Source of the DNA: Candidatus Omnitrophota bacterium | Lineage (GTDB): Bacteria > Omnitrophota > Gorgyraeia > Zapsychrales > Zapsychraceae | Length of the DNA stretch: 64,000 nt | NCBI GenBank assembly: GCA_023247445.1 | Contig: JAHFGL010000008.1 | Location: forward strand, 13,774-77,773 | Direction of reading: 5' to 3' | Part shown: positions 37,695-47,742 of the stretch, in pieces | Layout: every line of letters starts with the position of its first letter | How positions within the stretch are numbered: the first letter of the stretch is position 1 | The notes under the pieces: generated by a model | Databases searched by the model: none | Told to the model about the DNA's origin: nothing | What the model saw: the letters and a program-made list of their open reading frames with translations, nothing else | Program-made: the position numbers and the translations under genes

Positions 37695-39578
37695 ATGGAT
37701 AAAAATATGGATTCAAATTTGAATAAAGAGTATATCATTATATGCGGGGAAAATAAATTTCAAGGCTTATGGCTTTTTTTGTGGTGCTGGATAAAGAAAT
37801 GCAAGGGTTTGATTATGGATAATGGAAAGAAATCTAGTTTTGCTAGAAATTTGTTGTGGTTTCCTCCTTTCAAGAAATATATCATGGAGCAGGTAAGAGA
37901 AAATCAGGTTGGGTTAGGCCAGTATAAAGGTTTATGGTATAAAGTCAATAAAGAAGCCATTGATCTTACCATAGAATTTTATAATCAGGAAATCGCATCC
38001 AAACCAGCATTCATCGGTTACTACAACAAAATTTTGCGTACCGTTAAATTTGAAGCCTATATTAAAAAAGAAATTTCTTTTCAAATATTTTCTGTGCTTA
38101 AGGAGCTGCACCTTGTAAGGTTACAATCCTTATGTGACACTTCGATTTTAATAGCCCAAACCCCTCTTAATGAGTTTATTGTTGAATACATGTTGAAAAA
38201 TTACGGGACGAAATACCGAGTGAAATATATACGTCCGAGAATCAATCTATTTATTTTATTTTTTTATTACGGTCAATTATTAAAAGAGTTTGTCCATAGA
38301 GGGATAGCCTTTGGAAAGACAAGAAGGAAGTATAAAATTTCCAAGGAGGCTACATGGAATTTTTTTCGGGGGACATTACGGGATGATATCTTGGTCGATG
38401 GCAATCAAATTACGCAGAAGGATGTATTGCTCTTGGAAATCGATTCTGATTCTCCTCAGAGAGCCAGGTCATTTCAGGAAGCAAGAGAGAAAGGATTTGA
38501 TACGGTTTCCTTGCACAAAATTAAAATAAATATTAATAAAGATATTTATCATATCTTATATTTTTATCTATTTGTTCCTTTGATTTTGTATGTTCAATTG
38601 TTTTGGGCGCGCAGAACATATCTTTTTAATTTTATTGTTTTGTTTCATTGGAGATGCTTCCCATGGGAGGTGTTTCTTAATGCTTTTGATGTCGATTATT
38701 ATATCTCTGTTCGAGATTGGGGCGACGTGGAGGAGACAATTATTCTTAACCGCTATGATGCCAAAAGTGTCTTTTTTCAGAGAAGCGATCTCTCTTTTCC
38801 TCACTCACATCTGCACGCTTTTATTGCTCATAATCTCTATTTTATCTGGGGAGATATACATTATGATTTTCATGCGAAGAATTATTTTGTAGATAAAAAG
38901 ATTGATATCGGATGCATCTATAAAAGGGCTTGCAATCAGGCTGTCGATAAAGCGGATAGCGTGCGAAACCGCATCCCATTGTTTAACAAACAGAAAAAAA
39001 CAGTCACTTTTTTTGATAATTCGTTTCAGGATACGATCCATATTACCACGGCTTTTTTCCTGGAATTTTTGGAAATGGTCAAGAAATTCTGCCAGACCCA
39101 TAAGGACGTGAATGTACTATTTAAACCTAAAAAAGATCAAGAGGATGTCTTGCGGATGTTGGATGGCTCGGCGCGGCAGTATAACTTAATTTGGGATGGA
39201 CTTAAAGAATGTGAAAATTTCATTTATTTGGATCCGTGGGAATGGAGCATAGAGAGTGTCATTGCCATTTCCAATGTGTGTGTTAACATGGGAATCACGA
39301 GTCCTTCGACGATTGCCTTAATATGCGGCAAAAATGCTCTTTATTACGATAGCACCGGTAATAGCGAAGAGCATATATTGTTTAGAAAACACGCAGGAAC
39401 AATTGTTTTTGATAATAAGGAGGATTTGTTTCGACAGATCGATAATATTTTGGAAGGCAGATTTAATTGCCTGGATGTTTTTAGCAAAAAAGAGCTTAGA
39501 GAATATGATATATTCGATGATGACAAAGCGCTGGAGAGATTAAATACTTATTTGTCTGATGGTTTAGCCAAAAATTAA
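37695..39578 (+). CDS. Uncharacterised polysaccharide-biosynthesis protein, possible GT-B-fold transferase
   Basis: 627 aa; FIWG, FFDNS, LFKPKK and GITSPSTIA segments. Confidence 0.45.
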   Translation: MDKNMDSNLNKEYIIICGENKFQGLWLFLWCWIKKCKGLIMDNGKKSSFARNLLWFPPFKKYIMEQVRENQVGLGQYKGLWYKVNKEAIDLTIEFYNQEIASKPAFIGYYNKILRTVKFEAYIKKEISFQIFSVLKELHLVRLQSLCDTSILIAQTPLNEFIVEYMLKNYGTKYRVKYIRPRINLFILFFYYGQLLKEFVHRGIAFGKTRRKYKISKEATWNFFRGTLRDDILVDGNQITQKDVLLLEIDSDSPQRARSFQEAREKGFDTVSLHKIKININKDIYHILYFYLFVPLILYVQLFWARRTYLFNFIVLFHWRCFPWEVFLNAFDVDYYISVRDWGDVEETIILNRYDAKSVFFQRSDLSFPHSHLHAFIAHNLYFIWGDIHYDFHAKNYFVDKKIDIGCIYKRACNQAVDKADSVRNRIPLFNKQKKTVTFFDNSFQDTIHITTAFFLEFLEMVKKFCQTHKDVNVLFKPKKDQEDVLRMLDGSARQYNLIWDGLKECENFIYLDPWEWSIESVIAISNVCVNMGITSPSTIALICGKNALYYDSTGNSEEHILFRKHAGTIVFDNKEDLFRQIDNILEGRFNCLDVFSKKELREYDIFDDDKALERLNTYLSDGLAKN

Positions 39579-39592
39579 TAATGGGGGTTGAT

Positions 39593-39769
39593 ATGGCAGA
39601 AGAGCTATTGAAAGGAAATTTTAAAGTTAAAAATCCCGTTAAGGTAGAGAAGCAAGCAAAAAGTGAGCCAGTTCACGAACAGCTTCGTAAAAGGGCGCTT
39701 GCTTCCCTTGGTGGGAGTATGGTTTACATGGAACGAAAAAATCTCACTTGGGACGGAGAAAAAGGTTAA
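39593..39769 (+). CDS. Small hypothetical protein (58 aa, or 62 aa from ATG 39581)
   Basis: Fills the gap between two genes; GGGGG SD-like run before ATG 39593; its TAA overlaps the next ATG (TAATG). Confidence 0.55.
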   Translation: MAEELLKGNFKVKNPVKVEKQAKSEPVHEQLRKRALASLGGSMVYMERKNLTWDGEKG

Positions 39770-40791
39770 TGCTAGATACAGCCGTAAAAGAATTTGAAAA
39801 TATTGTCGAAAAGATCCCACAGATTGGGATAAAGGTTCATGGCCAGAGGATATTAGAGCATGCCCGGTTGAACTTGCCTGATATGACTAAAACGATTAAA
39901 GATTTGCCCGTGCTTGATTCCGTAAAGGCTCGTTCGGCCGTCATTATTAGTGCTGGTCCAAGCGTCCGGCGGCAGAATTCCATCCAGCGTATCGTAGAAT
40001 CAAAATATAAAGGAACAATTATCGTCACGGACGGTTCTTATGCGGCTTCTATTAAAGCAGGTTTATTTCCGGATTTTATGCTGACCCTTGATCCTCATCC
40101 TACCAGAATGGTCCGCTGGGTTGGGGATCATGACTTTGAAAAGCACACGGCTAACGATGATTATTTTACCCGGCAGGATTTAAATATCGAATTCCGCCAG
40201 AATTCCATTCAGCAAAATGAAGAACATATTATTCTTGTTAACAAGCATGGACATTTAACCAAAGCTATTGTGGCCTCTACCGCGCCGCGTAATCTTGTGG
40301 CGCGTTTAAAAGAAGCCAAGTTTGATATGTATTGGTGGCATCCTCTCGTGGATGATCCGTACGCGCCGCAGAGCTTGACGCGCAAACTGTATGCTATAAA
40401 AAAAATTCCTTGCATGAATACGGGGGGAACCGTTGGCGTAGCGGCTTGGGTGTTCGCTAATTCTATTTTAAAAATACCAACCATTGGCCTTGTGGGCATG
40501 GACTTTGGTTACCCTGCAGAAACGCCTATTGAAAAAACTCAGACGTATTATGAGCTTATTGAACATTTAGGCGGCAAAGAAGAGCTAGAACAATGTTTTA
40601 TCGAATATGAGTTTCCATTGACGAAAGAAAAATTTTATACCGATCCGACGTATTTTTGGTACAGAAAAAATTTTTTGGAACTGTTTGCGTATTCGACGAC
40701 GAAAGCCTATAATTGCACGGAAGGGGGGACGCTCATCGACGAGCGCATCCCTTGCGTTACGTTGGAAAAATTTATCAACCACACTAAGTAA
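39769..40791 (+). CDS. DUF115 / Maf_flag10 / MptE-like domain protein
   Basis: ISAGPSV, TDGS, PDFMLTLDP, GGTV, LVGMDFG, NCTEGG. Confidence 0.75.
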   Translation: MLDTAVKEFENIVEKIPQIGIKVHGQRILEHARLNLPDMTKTIKDLPVLDSVKARSAVIISAGPSVRRQNSIQRIVESKYKGTIIVTDGSYAASIKAGLFPDFMLTLDPHPTRMVRWVGDHDFEKHTANDDYFTRQDLNIEFRQNSIQQNEEHIILVNKHGHLTKAIVASTAPRNLVARLKEAKFDMYWWHPLVDDPYAPQSLTRKLYAIKKIPCMNTGGTVGVAAWVFANSILKIPTIGLVGMDFGYPAETPIEKTQTYYELIEHLGGKEELEQCFIEYEFPLTKEKFYTDPTYFWYRKNFLELFAYSTTKAYNCTEGGTLIDERIPCVTLEKFINHTK

Positions 40792-40811
40792 AAAGACCAA
40801 AGGGAGAGGAA

Positions 40812-42392
40812 ATGGCCAAAATTTTAATGATCAATCCAGTTATTCGGGAAGAAAGCGCCCCCCAGAATATTCCCTATGGGCTTACTCTCTTAGCTGGTAT
40901 CGCCTTAGAAAAAGGTCATCAAGTCCAATTTTATGATGAAAATGCTTGGCGTAAAGGGGATAAAGTCATCGCTGAGGTCTGTAAAGCTGACGATTGGGAT
41001 GTGATCGCTATCGGCGGTCTGACAACGACGTATGGATCGATAAAAAAGATTTTGAGGATTGTAAAAGAGGTCTCACCGAAATCATTTATTATTGCTGGCG
41101 GAGGTATTATCACCAGCATGCCCAAAGAGATTATGGCATGGTTAAAGGACATCGATCTGGGAATTATCGGTGAGGCTTTTGTTACCTGGCCGGAGGTTTT
41201 AGCTAAGATTGACGATAAAGATTTTGATTTTTCTAAAACCCTTGGTGTCTGTTATCGCGATAAAGAAGGAAATCCGATTCTAACAAACGTTCGTCCAAAT
41301 ATCAAAGATTTGGATGTCCTTCCGTATCCCGCTTGGGATTTGTTGCCGCTGGAAATTTATTTTAAAAATTCCCAGAACCTGTTAAGTGAAGCCGCTTTCA
41401 TGGCTAAAAGACGCATTGATGTCATGGGAAGTCTGGGATGCAGTCTCATCTGCAAATTCTGTTGGCATTTAGGAACAACAGGAGATATGCTTGTTGAGGA
41501 AAATGAGGCAGGCATTAAAGATGTCCGGTTTACCTATGGACGTAATATCCGTTATTTCAGTCCTCGATACATTGTCGACATGGTTAAAATTCTTGTGAAG
41601 AAGTACAATGTTGACCATGCTTATTTTGTTGATGAGAATTTTATGACCATGGATGTTGCCAGCGGCCGCACGTGGCTGAAGGAACTTAGTGATTTATGGA
41701 TCAAGGAGGGATTGCAGCCCACATCGCGCAGGGATGGTGTGCCTGATGACCAGAATAAGGGGGGTGTTTTTTGGTCAGGGACCAGTCATGCCAGTTTGGC
41801 CCAGAAAGAAACTTTGGATAAAATGTATCAGGCGGGTTGCTCGTCATTAGTCTACGGCATTGAGTCATTCGATCCAGTTATCCTCAAGAACCTAGGAAAG
41901 GGTGTCACCCAAAAACATAATCTAGAGGCGCCTAGAATATGTATGGAATCGGGTATTATCCCTGTTCCCAATATTATGATTGGTTTTCCGCAGGAGACAT
42001 TTTTCAGTATACGCACCACTATTGAATGCATGATAAAGCTAGGGATTCATGCCAAACCTCATTTCGCCACACCCTATCCGGGATCAGAATGGTACTATAC
42101 TTATAAAGACAGTATTCTTGAACAATATAATGGTGATCTTGAAGCTTTTATTGAAGATTTAGGGGACGCCTCGAAAATCACGGCTGTTATTTCCCATAAT
42201 TTTTCTCCAGCACAATTGTTAGGATTGCAGATGATTGTCATGCAGCGAAATTTACGCCTATTAGACCAAACAGAAAAACAATGGGCGGCAGCTAATGCGC
42301 TTATGAAACCGCTGGCTGTTCCAAAGGGATCATTTCATATGGTAAACAAGAAAATCCAAGCACCCATAGAAGAGGCCTCCAGGGCGCTATAA
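40812..42392 (+). CDS. B12-binding-domain radical SAM protein
   Basis: PYGL..LA, GGG, GEA, DLDVLPYPAWDL, GCSLICKFC, DENF, GIES, ATPYPGS. Confidence 0.88.
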   Translation: MAKILMINPVIREESAPQNIPYGLTLLAGIALEKGHQVQFYDENAWRKGDKVIAEVCKADDWDVIAIGGLTTTYGSIKKILRIVKEVSPKSFIIAGGGIITSMPKEIMAWLKDIDLGIIGEAFVTWPEVLAKIDDKDFDFSKTLGVCYRDKEGNPILTNVRPNIKDLDVLPYPAWDLLPLEIYFKNSQNLLSEAAFMAKRRIDVMGSLGCSLICKFCWHLGTTGDMLVEENEAGIKDVRFTYGRNIRYFSPRYIVDMVKILVKKYNVDHAYFVDENFMTMDVASGRTWLKELSDLWIKEGLQPTSRRDGVPDDQNKGGVFWSGTSHASLAQKETLDKMYQAGCSSLVYGIESFDPVILKNLGKGVTQKHNLEAPRICMESGIIPVPNIMIGFPQETFFSIRTTIECMIKLGIHAKPHFATPYPGSEWYYTYKDSILEQYNGDLEAFIEDLGDASKITAVISHNFSPAQLLGLQMIVMQRNLRLLDQTEKQWAAANALMKPLAVPKGSFHMVNKKIQAPIEEASRAL

Positions 42393-42408
42393 TATTCATT
42401 TATTTGTT

Positions 42409-43131
42409 ATGTATGAATCTCTAAAAATTTTATCTTTTATCGGGGCCAGGGTCGGGTCTAAAGGACTGAAAAATAAAAATATTCTTGATCTTGCAGGTAA
42501 ACCCTTGATCGCGTGGACAATTGAAGCTTCCCGATGCTCAAAATATATCGACCGCACCATCGTCTCAACTGATGGCAAGCAGATTGCCGAGATCGCCAAG
42601 CAGGCGGGAGCGGATGTGCCATTTTTGCGTCCCACGGAATTAGCAACGGATGAATCTCTGCTTGATGAGGCGATGCAACATTGCGTCCAATGGCTGGCCA
42701 ACAACGAGCATCGTGTTTATGATTATATTTTGCTTCTTCAGCCGACTTCACCATTAAGAACGGCAGAACACATTGATCAAGCCGTGGAATATTATTTTAA
42801 AAATAAAAAGACACGACAGGATATTCTGATATCCGTTACAAGGGCCCCGAAAAAGGTGGGATGGTTAATGCAGCAGAATCAGTCTGGATATATCGGCTTT
42901 TGCTTTGATGACTCTCAACGAGGTTCGCGGCGCCAAGATTTGCCCGAGTATTATTTTCCTAACGGCGTTATTTATTTGGGGCTAACAACGGTAATGCAGC
43001 ATTTGAGCAAGAATGTTTCCCGCCTGCTGCCATTTATGATGGAAAGCGAAGTTTCCATAGACATTGACTCAAAAAAAGATTTGCAAGAAGCCATGAAAAT
43101 TTTGAGAAATCGGATTGGAATCAATGTATGA
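42409..43131 (+). CDS. neuA: Acylneuraminate cytidylyltransferase (NeuA/PseF/LegF family)
   Basis: ARVGSKGLKNKN, VSTD, FLRP, LLQPTSPLR, RRQDLP, DIDS. Confidence 0.85.
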   Translation: MYESLKILSFIGARVGSKGLKNKNILDLAGKPLIAWTIEASRCSKYIDRTIVSTDGKQIAEIAKQAGADVPFLRPTELATDESLLDEAMQHCVQWLANNEHRVYDYILLLQPTSPLRTAEHIDQAVEYYFKNKKTRQDILISVTRAPKKVGWLMQQNQSGYIGFCFDDSQRGSRRQDLPEYYFPNGVIYLGLTTVMQHLSKNVSRLLPFMMESEVSIDIDSKKDLQEAMKILRNRIGINV

Positions 43132-43940
43132 ATGTTCTCGGAGAAAAAACTATAACTTCGTATAATATCAGGAAAATAATTCTTGAACAATCAAAGCGTG
43201 CTAATGTTGGTCATATTGGCTCGGCTTTATCTATCGTAGATATTATAGCTGTTTTATATGAGAATATTCTTAGTATTGCTTATCCCGAGGATCTTGAACG
43301 AGATCGTTTTGTTTTATCTAAAGGCCATGCGGCTTTAGCCCTTTACGCGGCTTTTTTTTTAAAAGGATGGTTAACACAAAAAGAGCTGGATAGTTATTGC
43401 GCAGATGGTGGTTGTTTAGGAGTTCATCCAGAGCATTTTCTAAAAGGGGTTGATTTTTCTACCGGCTCCCTTGGGCAGGGTTTGTCGATGGGAGCCGGAG
43501 CCGCTTTAGCGGCCTCTATTAAAAAGAGTTCCTACCGCACGTTTGTCTTGATGAGTGATGCCGAATGCAATGAAGGATCTGTATGGGAGGCTATTATGTT
43601 CGCTGCACAACATAAATTATCTAATCTTATTGTTATCATCGATTACAATCGGCAACAGGCGTTTGGGTACACGAAAGATGTTCTAAATCTTGATCCTTTA
43701 AATAAACGCTGGGAGGCCTTTGGCTGGGATGTACGGCAGGTGGATGGGCATGATGTTTCTGAAATCATGCGAACGATACAAGGGCTCTCTTTGCAAAGTG
43801 GATCGCCCCATGTCATTATTGCTAATACAATTTTTGGTAAAGGGGTTTCCTATATGGAAAATAAAATTAAATGGCATTATTGGCCGATGTCTGATCAGGA
43901 GTATCAATTAGCTTTACAAGAGATCAAGGCTGTAAAATGA
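43128..43940 (+). CDS. Split transketolase, N-terminal subunit (copy 2)
   Basis: GHIGSALS, DRFVLSKGH, STGSLGQG, SDAECNEGSVWEA. Confidence 0.88.
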   Translation: MNVLGEKTITSYNIRKIILEQSKRANVGHIGSALSIVDIIAVLYENILSIAYPEDLERDRFVLSKGHAALALYAAFFLKGWLTQKELDSYCADGGCLGVHPEHFLKGVDFSTGSLGQGLSMGAGAALAASIKKSSYRTFVLMSDAECNEGSVWEAIMFAAQHKLSNLIVIIDYNRQQAFGYTKDVLNLDPLNKRWEAFGWDVRQVDGHDVSEIMRTIQGLSLQSGSPHVIIANTIFGKGVSYMENKIKWHYWPMSDQEYQLALQEIKAVK

Positions 43941-44899
43941 GAAACATATTTATTGAGACATTGATTAAATTGGCCGAAAAAGATAACCGTATTTTATTGT
44001 TAACCGCTGATTTAGGTTATACGGTTATTGAACCTTTCGCAGAGAAGTTCCCACAAAGGTTTTTCAATGTTGGGGTCGCTGAACAAAATATGGTTGGGAT
44101 GTCTACCGGCTTAGCGCAAGCAGGTTTTATTCCGTTTTTGTATTCTATCAATAATTTTGTTTCTATCCGGCCATATGAATTTATTCGTAACGGTCCTATT
44201 CTCCATCAGTTGCCGGTGCGCATCATTGGAGTAGGCGGAGGGTTTGATTACGGATCAGCAGGTGTTACTCATTATGGTTTGGAGGATATTGGTCTTATGC
44301 GTCTTCAAAAAGGCATCGGTGTCGTTGTCCCAGCTGACCGTAATCAGACACAGGCAGCACTTTTAAAAACATGGGATTTACCGGGACCGGTATATTATCG
44401 GCTTGGTAAAGGCAATAAAAATTCTATTGATGGTCTTAATGGAAGGTTTGATTTTGGGGGTCTTCAGCATATCCGCCAGGGAAATGATTTTGTTTTTATT
44501 TCTATAGGGAGTATCACGCAAGAAGTTGTCAGTGCAGCGGATCAACTAGAACAAAAAGGCATTTCGGCTTCGATCGTTGTTGTGTCCAGTTTTAATCCTT
44601 CGCCAACGACGGATTTGATTAAAATTCTTAAAAAATTTCCGTTAGCCATTACAGTAGAGGATCATTATGTGACTGGCGGAGTCGGCTCTTTTGTTGCCGA
44701 AGTAGTTGCCGAAAATAACATCTCTTGCCAGATTAAACGCTGTGCAGTCGATACGCTTATTCCCAATGTGACAGGCAGCAGGGAATTTATGAATAGTCAC
44801 TATGGTATCTCAGCAGCGAAATTGGTCGAAATAGCCTGGCATTGTTTAAGAAATGATAAATTCACATTAAGTAAGGCTGATCTTTTTTTAGAGAAATGA
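43937..44899 (+). CDS. Split transketolase, C-terminal subunit (copy 2)
   Basis: TADLG, NVGVAEQNMVG, GVTH, TVEDHYVTGGVG. Confidence 0.88.
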   Translation: MRNIFIETLIKLAEKDNRILLLTADLGYTVIEPFAEKFPQRFFNVGVAEQNMVGMSTGLAQAGFIPFLYSINNFVSIRPYEFIRNGPILHQLPVRIIGVGGGFDYGSAGVTHYGLEDIGLMRLQKGIGVVVPADRNQTQAALLKTWDLPGPVYYRLGKGNKNSIDGLNGRFDFGGLQHIRQGNDFVFISIGSITQEVVSAADQLEQKGISASIVVVSSFNPSPTTDLIKILKKFPLAITVEDHYVTGGVGSFVAEVVAENNISCQIKRCAVDTLIPNVTGSREFMNSHYGISAAKLVEIAWHCLRNDKFTLSKADLFLEK

Positions 44900-45618
44900 A
44901 AGAATCTTTTGTCTCGATTATACTTCCAGTATATAATCAGGCTGACCACATAAGTGCCGTGATTGAGTGCTACAAAAATGCCCTCTCAAAAATCGCCGTA
45001 CCTAATGAAATGCTTTTGGTTGTTAACGGGTGTCGTGATAATTCCTTAGAGATTTGCCAAAATCTACAAAAAAAATATGACGCCTTAAAAGTTATTCATA
45101 GTGAGAAGGGTGGCTGGGGCCGTGCCATTAAATTAGGGTTAAAAGAGGCTCAAGGTGACTTTATTTGTTATACTAATTCGGCCCGCACATCGGCTGCAGA
45201 ACTTCGGCAGGCCATACTCTATGCCTTAGATAATCCTAATGGAGTGATCAAAGCTAACCGAAAAATCCGGTATAACCTTATGAGGATGCTCGGATCTTAT
45301 TTATTCAATTTTCAATGTCGTTTTCTGTTCGATTTAACCGTTTGGGATATAAACGGTACGCCAAAAGTTTTTCCCCGCAAGTTTGATTATTTGTGCAGAC
45401 TCTCCCGTAACGATGATTTGATAGACCTTGAATTTAATTTTATTTGTAAAATGAAAAATTATCCCATGCTGGAAGTACCCATTTTTTCTTCCAAGCGCCA
45501 TGATGGACGTTCCACAACAGGATGGCATTCTGCTTTAGGAATGTATATGGGGGCTCTAGTCATGTGGCGTGCTAGCCGAAAAGGTCTTAAAGAATATGAA
45601 AGGACACTTGACGAATAA
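44896..45618 (+). CDS. GT2 glycosyltransferase, polyprenol-phosphate glycosyltransferase-like
   Basis: SIILPVYN, GWGRAIKLG, D..GTPK, RHDGRS; the usual DD/DxD acidic motifs read VN and NSA. Confidence 0.7.
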   Translation: MKESFVSIILPVYNQADHISAVIECYKNALSKIAVPNEMLLVVNGCRDNSLEICQNLQKKYDALKVIHSEKGGWGRAIKLGLKEAQGDFICYTNSARTSAAELRQAILYALDNPNGVIKANRKIRYNLMRMLGSYLFNFQCRFLFDLTVWDINGTPKVFPRKFDYLCRLSRNDDLIDLEFNFICKMKNYPMLEVPIFSSKRHDGRSTTGWHSALGMYMGALVMWRASRKGLKEYERTLDE

Positions 45619-46789
45619 AGAGCAAATGTGGGCTCAACATAACGAGGAATGGCGCGATCCTGCGCAGATTATCAGTCAATGGGAAGATGCCCATCAGTTA
45701 GATCGGAGGTTGCTGGATTATAACATCAAAGGTCAATGGTGGGCTATTTTAAATAGATTGAAGATATATCTTCTGGTCTCCCGCGAATATGAACATTTGA
45801 TGCTGGCAATAGGTGCTAAGGCGCATGGTCCAGAAATATCTTACATGCGCATACCACATCCTTCTGGCATTGTGGTTAATCACAGAAGAGATTTAATTTA
45901 TATTGCCAGCACACGCAACCCCAACCAAATTTTTGAGATGGGGTTAAGTAAGGGACTTGCTGATAGAAAAGATATTCTCAGAAAAAGGACACGGAAGCCA
46001 ATCGGATATAATGTCATGGTCCCTTTAAGGACTTTCTTTTATCCAGGAAGTTTATATATTCATGACCTTGCCATCATTGGGAATAATCTGTACGCTAACG
46101 CTGTTGGACACAATGCGGTTGTTCGGCTTTCTTTATCTTTCGATGGAAGATATGAATATGTGTGGTGGCCAGTATGTATGGAAAATGGAAAAGGCCCCAT
46201 TACTGAAGCGAATTATATTCAATTGAATTCTATTGCTGCGGGACAAACGATTCAAGATTCTTTTTTTTCGGCTTCGGCGGATTCTATCTCTCAGCGTAGA
46301 CCAGGGCATATAAATTTTCCCGTGAACAAGCGGGGTGTCGTATTTTCGGGAAAAACGCGTAAACCTATCTGTTATGGGCTGACTCGGCCGCATTCAGCGC
46401 GCTGCTATGACGGGAAAATATGGGTTGATAACAGCGGTTACGGAGAATTTGGATACATCGAAAAAGAAAAATTTGTGTCTATCGTATCACTTCCGGGTTG
46501 GACACGGGGTCTTTATATAGAGGGGGGAGTTGCCTTTGTCGGTGCCTCGAAAGTGATTCCGCGATTTTACCGCTATGCCCCGGGACTTGATATTGCCAGG
46601 AGTCGCTGTGGAATATATGCCATAGAGTTAAAGACAGGGAAGATTTTGGGGAGTATACAATGGCCGCATGGGAATCAAATCTTTGCTGTTGAAGGGATTT
46701 CAGATAGATTTTGCCATGGGTTCGTCCATCAGTATTTGTCCTGCAGATCTTCTGTGCAAATAAAAAATTTATTTTATGCGTTCAAATAA
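45596..46789 (+). CDS. TIGR03032/DUF4915-like beta-propeller protein
   Basis: YIHDL, QLNSIA, GLTRPHSAR, VDNSGYGE, PGWTRGL, FVGASK. Confidence 0.65.
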   Translation: MKGHLTNKEQMWAQHNEEWRDPAQIISQWEDAHQLDRRLLDYNIKGQWWAILNRLKIYLLVSREYEHLMLAIGAKAHGPEISYMRIPHPSGIVVNHRRDLIYIASTRNPNQIFEMGLSKGLADRKDILRKRTRKPIGYNVMVPLRTFFYPGSLYIHDLAIIGNNLYANAVGHNAVVRLSLSFDGRYEYVWWPVCMENGKGPITEANYIQLNSIAAGQTIQDSFFSASADSISQRRPGHINFPVNKRGVVFSGKTRKPICYGLTRPHSARCYDGKIWVDNSGYGEFGYIEKEKFVSIVSLPGWTRGLYIEGGVAFVGASKVIPRFYRYAPGLDIARSRCGIYAIELKTGKILGSIQWPHGNQIFAVEGISDRFCHGFVHQYLSCRSSVQIKNLFYAFK

Positions 46790-46800
46790 AGGAGTGATAG

Positions 46801-47727
46801 ATGACTGAAAAATTTAAACTTCTCATGTTAGGGGCTATGTACGAAAACGGAGGTAACACAACACATCGATTTTTGGATGGACATCCTGAAATGTTTGTTT
46901 ATCCATTCGAATCCCAGCTCGGGACGCGGTTTGTTATTGACAGTTTATCTTCTTTGTTTCCATTAAAATACCGCTGGCCAGTTTTTCCGCTGGAAGGGAG
47001 TCCCTATGAAGATTATAAGTTGATTATCGATGAAGAAGGAAAAGTCCGCACGCGCACTGCGCATGTGAGTAAATTCCGTCATATGCCATTCGAGTTATCT
47101 GATGATGAGCGCTGCTTGATATATCAAAAATATATCCAGCGTCTGGGACGCTCACGCGCGCACAATGTACAAGCATTTTTTCAAAGTATTTTTGATGCCT
47201 GGAAAAATTATAAACGGACCGGGAAAGAAAAATTTTATGTTGGGTATAGTCCCATTTTAGTCGTTGACGCCGGGAAGATTCTGGAGGAATTGCCCGGAGC
47301 GCATTTTCTTCATGTCGTACGTAATCCCTGGTCAGCTTATGCCGATACCAAAAAAAGACCTGTTCCTTTGTCTTTAGAAAACTATATTTTCTGTTGGAAT
47401 ATAAATCAGTATTTCGCTTTACTCTGCCAAAAAAAATACCCTCGTCGCATGCATATCCTACGTTTGGAAGATATATTGCAAAATCCTTACAAAGAGCTGG
47501 GGACGTTATGTGAGAAATTAGGCCTCAAAAAAAGCAATTCTTTAGAAATTCCCAGTTGGAATGGCCAAGAATTAGAAGAAATTTATCCATGGGGAACCAT
47601 CCGTAAGGCGACGCCGAAAGCTAATAAGGAAACAGCGAGGGAGCTCTCTAAAGAAGAACAGCAAGAAATTCGGGAAAGGACATGGCAGTATCTTAAAGAA
47701 TACCGCTATGATAAATTTTTGGCCTAA
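46801..47727 (+). CDS. Sulfotransferase-fold protein with atypical PAPS motifs
   Basis: ...TTHRFLDGHP, FLHVVRNPW, LRLEDI...P...L..LCEKLG, as in the Sulfotransfer_3 family. Confidence 0.6.
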   Translation: MTEKFKLLMLGAMYENGGNTTHRFLDGHPEMFVYPFESQLGTRFVIDSLSSLFPLKYRWPVFPLEGSPYEDYKLIIDEEGKVRTRTAHVSKFRHMPFELSDDERCLIYQKYIQRLGRSRAHNVQAFFQSIFDAWKNYKRTGKEKFYVGYSPILVVDAGKILEELPGAHFLHVVRNPWSAYADTKKRPVPLSLENYIFCWNINQYFALLCQKKYPRRMHILRLEDILQNPYKELGTLCEKLGLKKSNSLEIPSWNGQELEEIYPWGTIRKATPKANKETARELSKEEQQEIRERTWQYLKEYRYDKFLA

Positions 47728-47742
47728 AAATAAGGCTGACTT

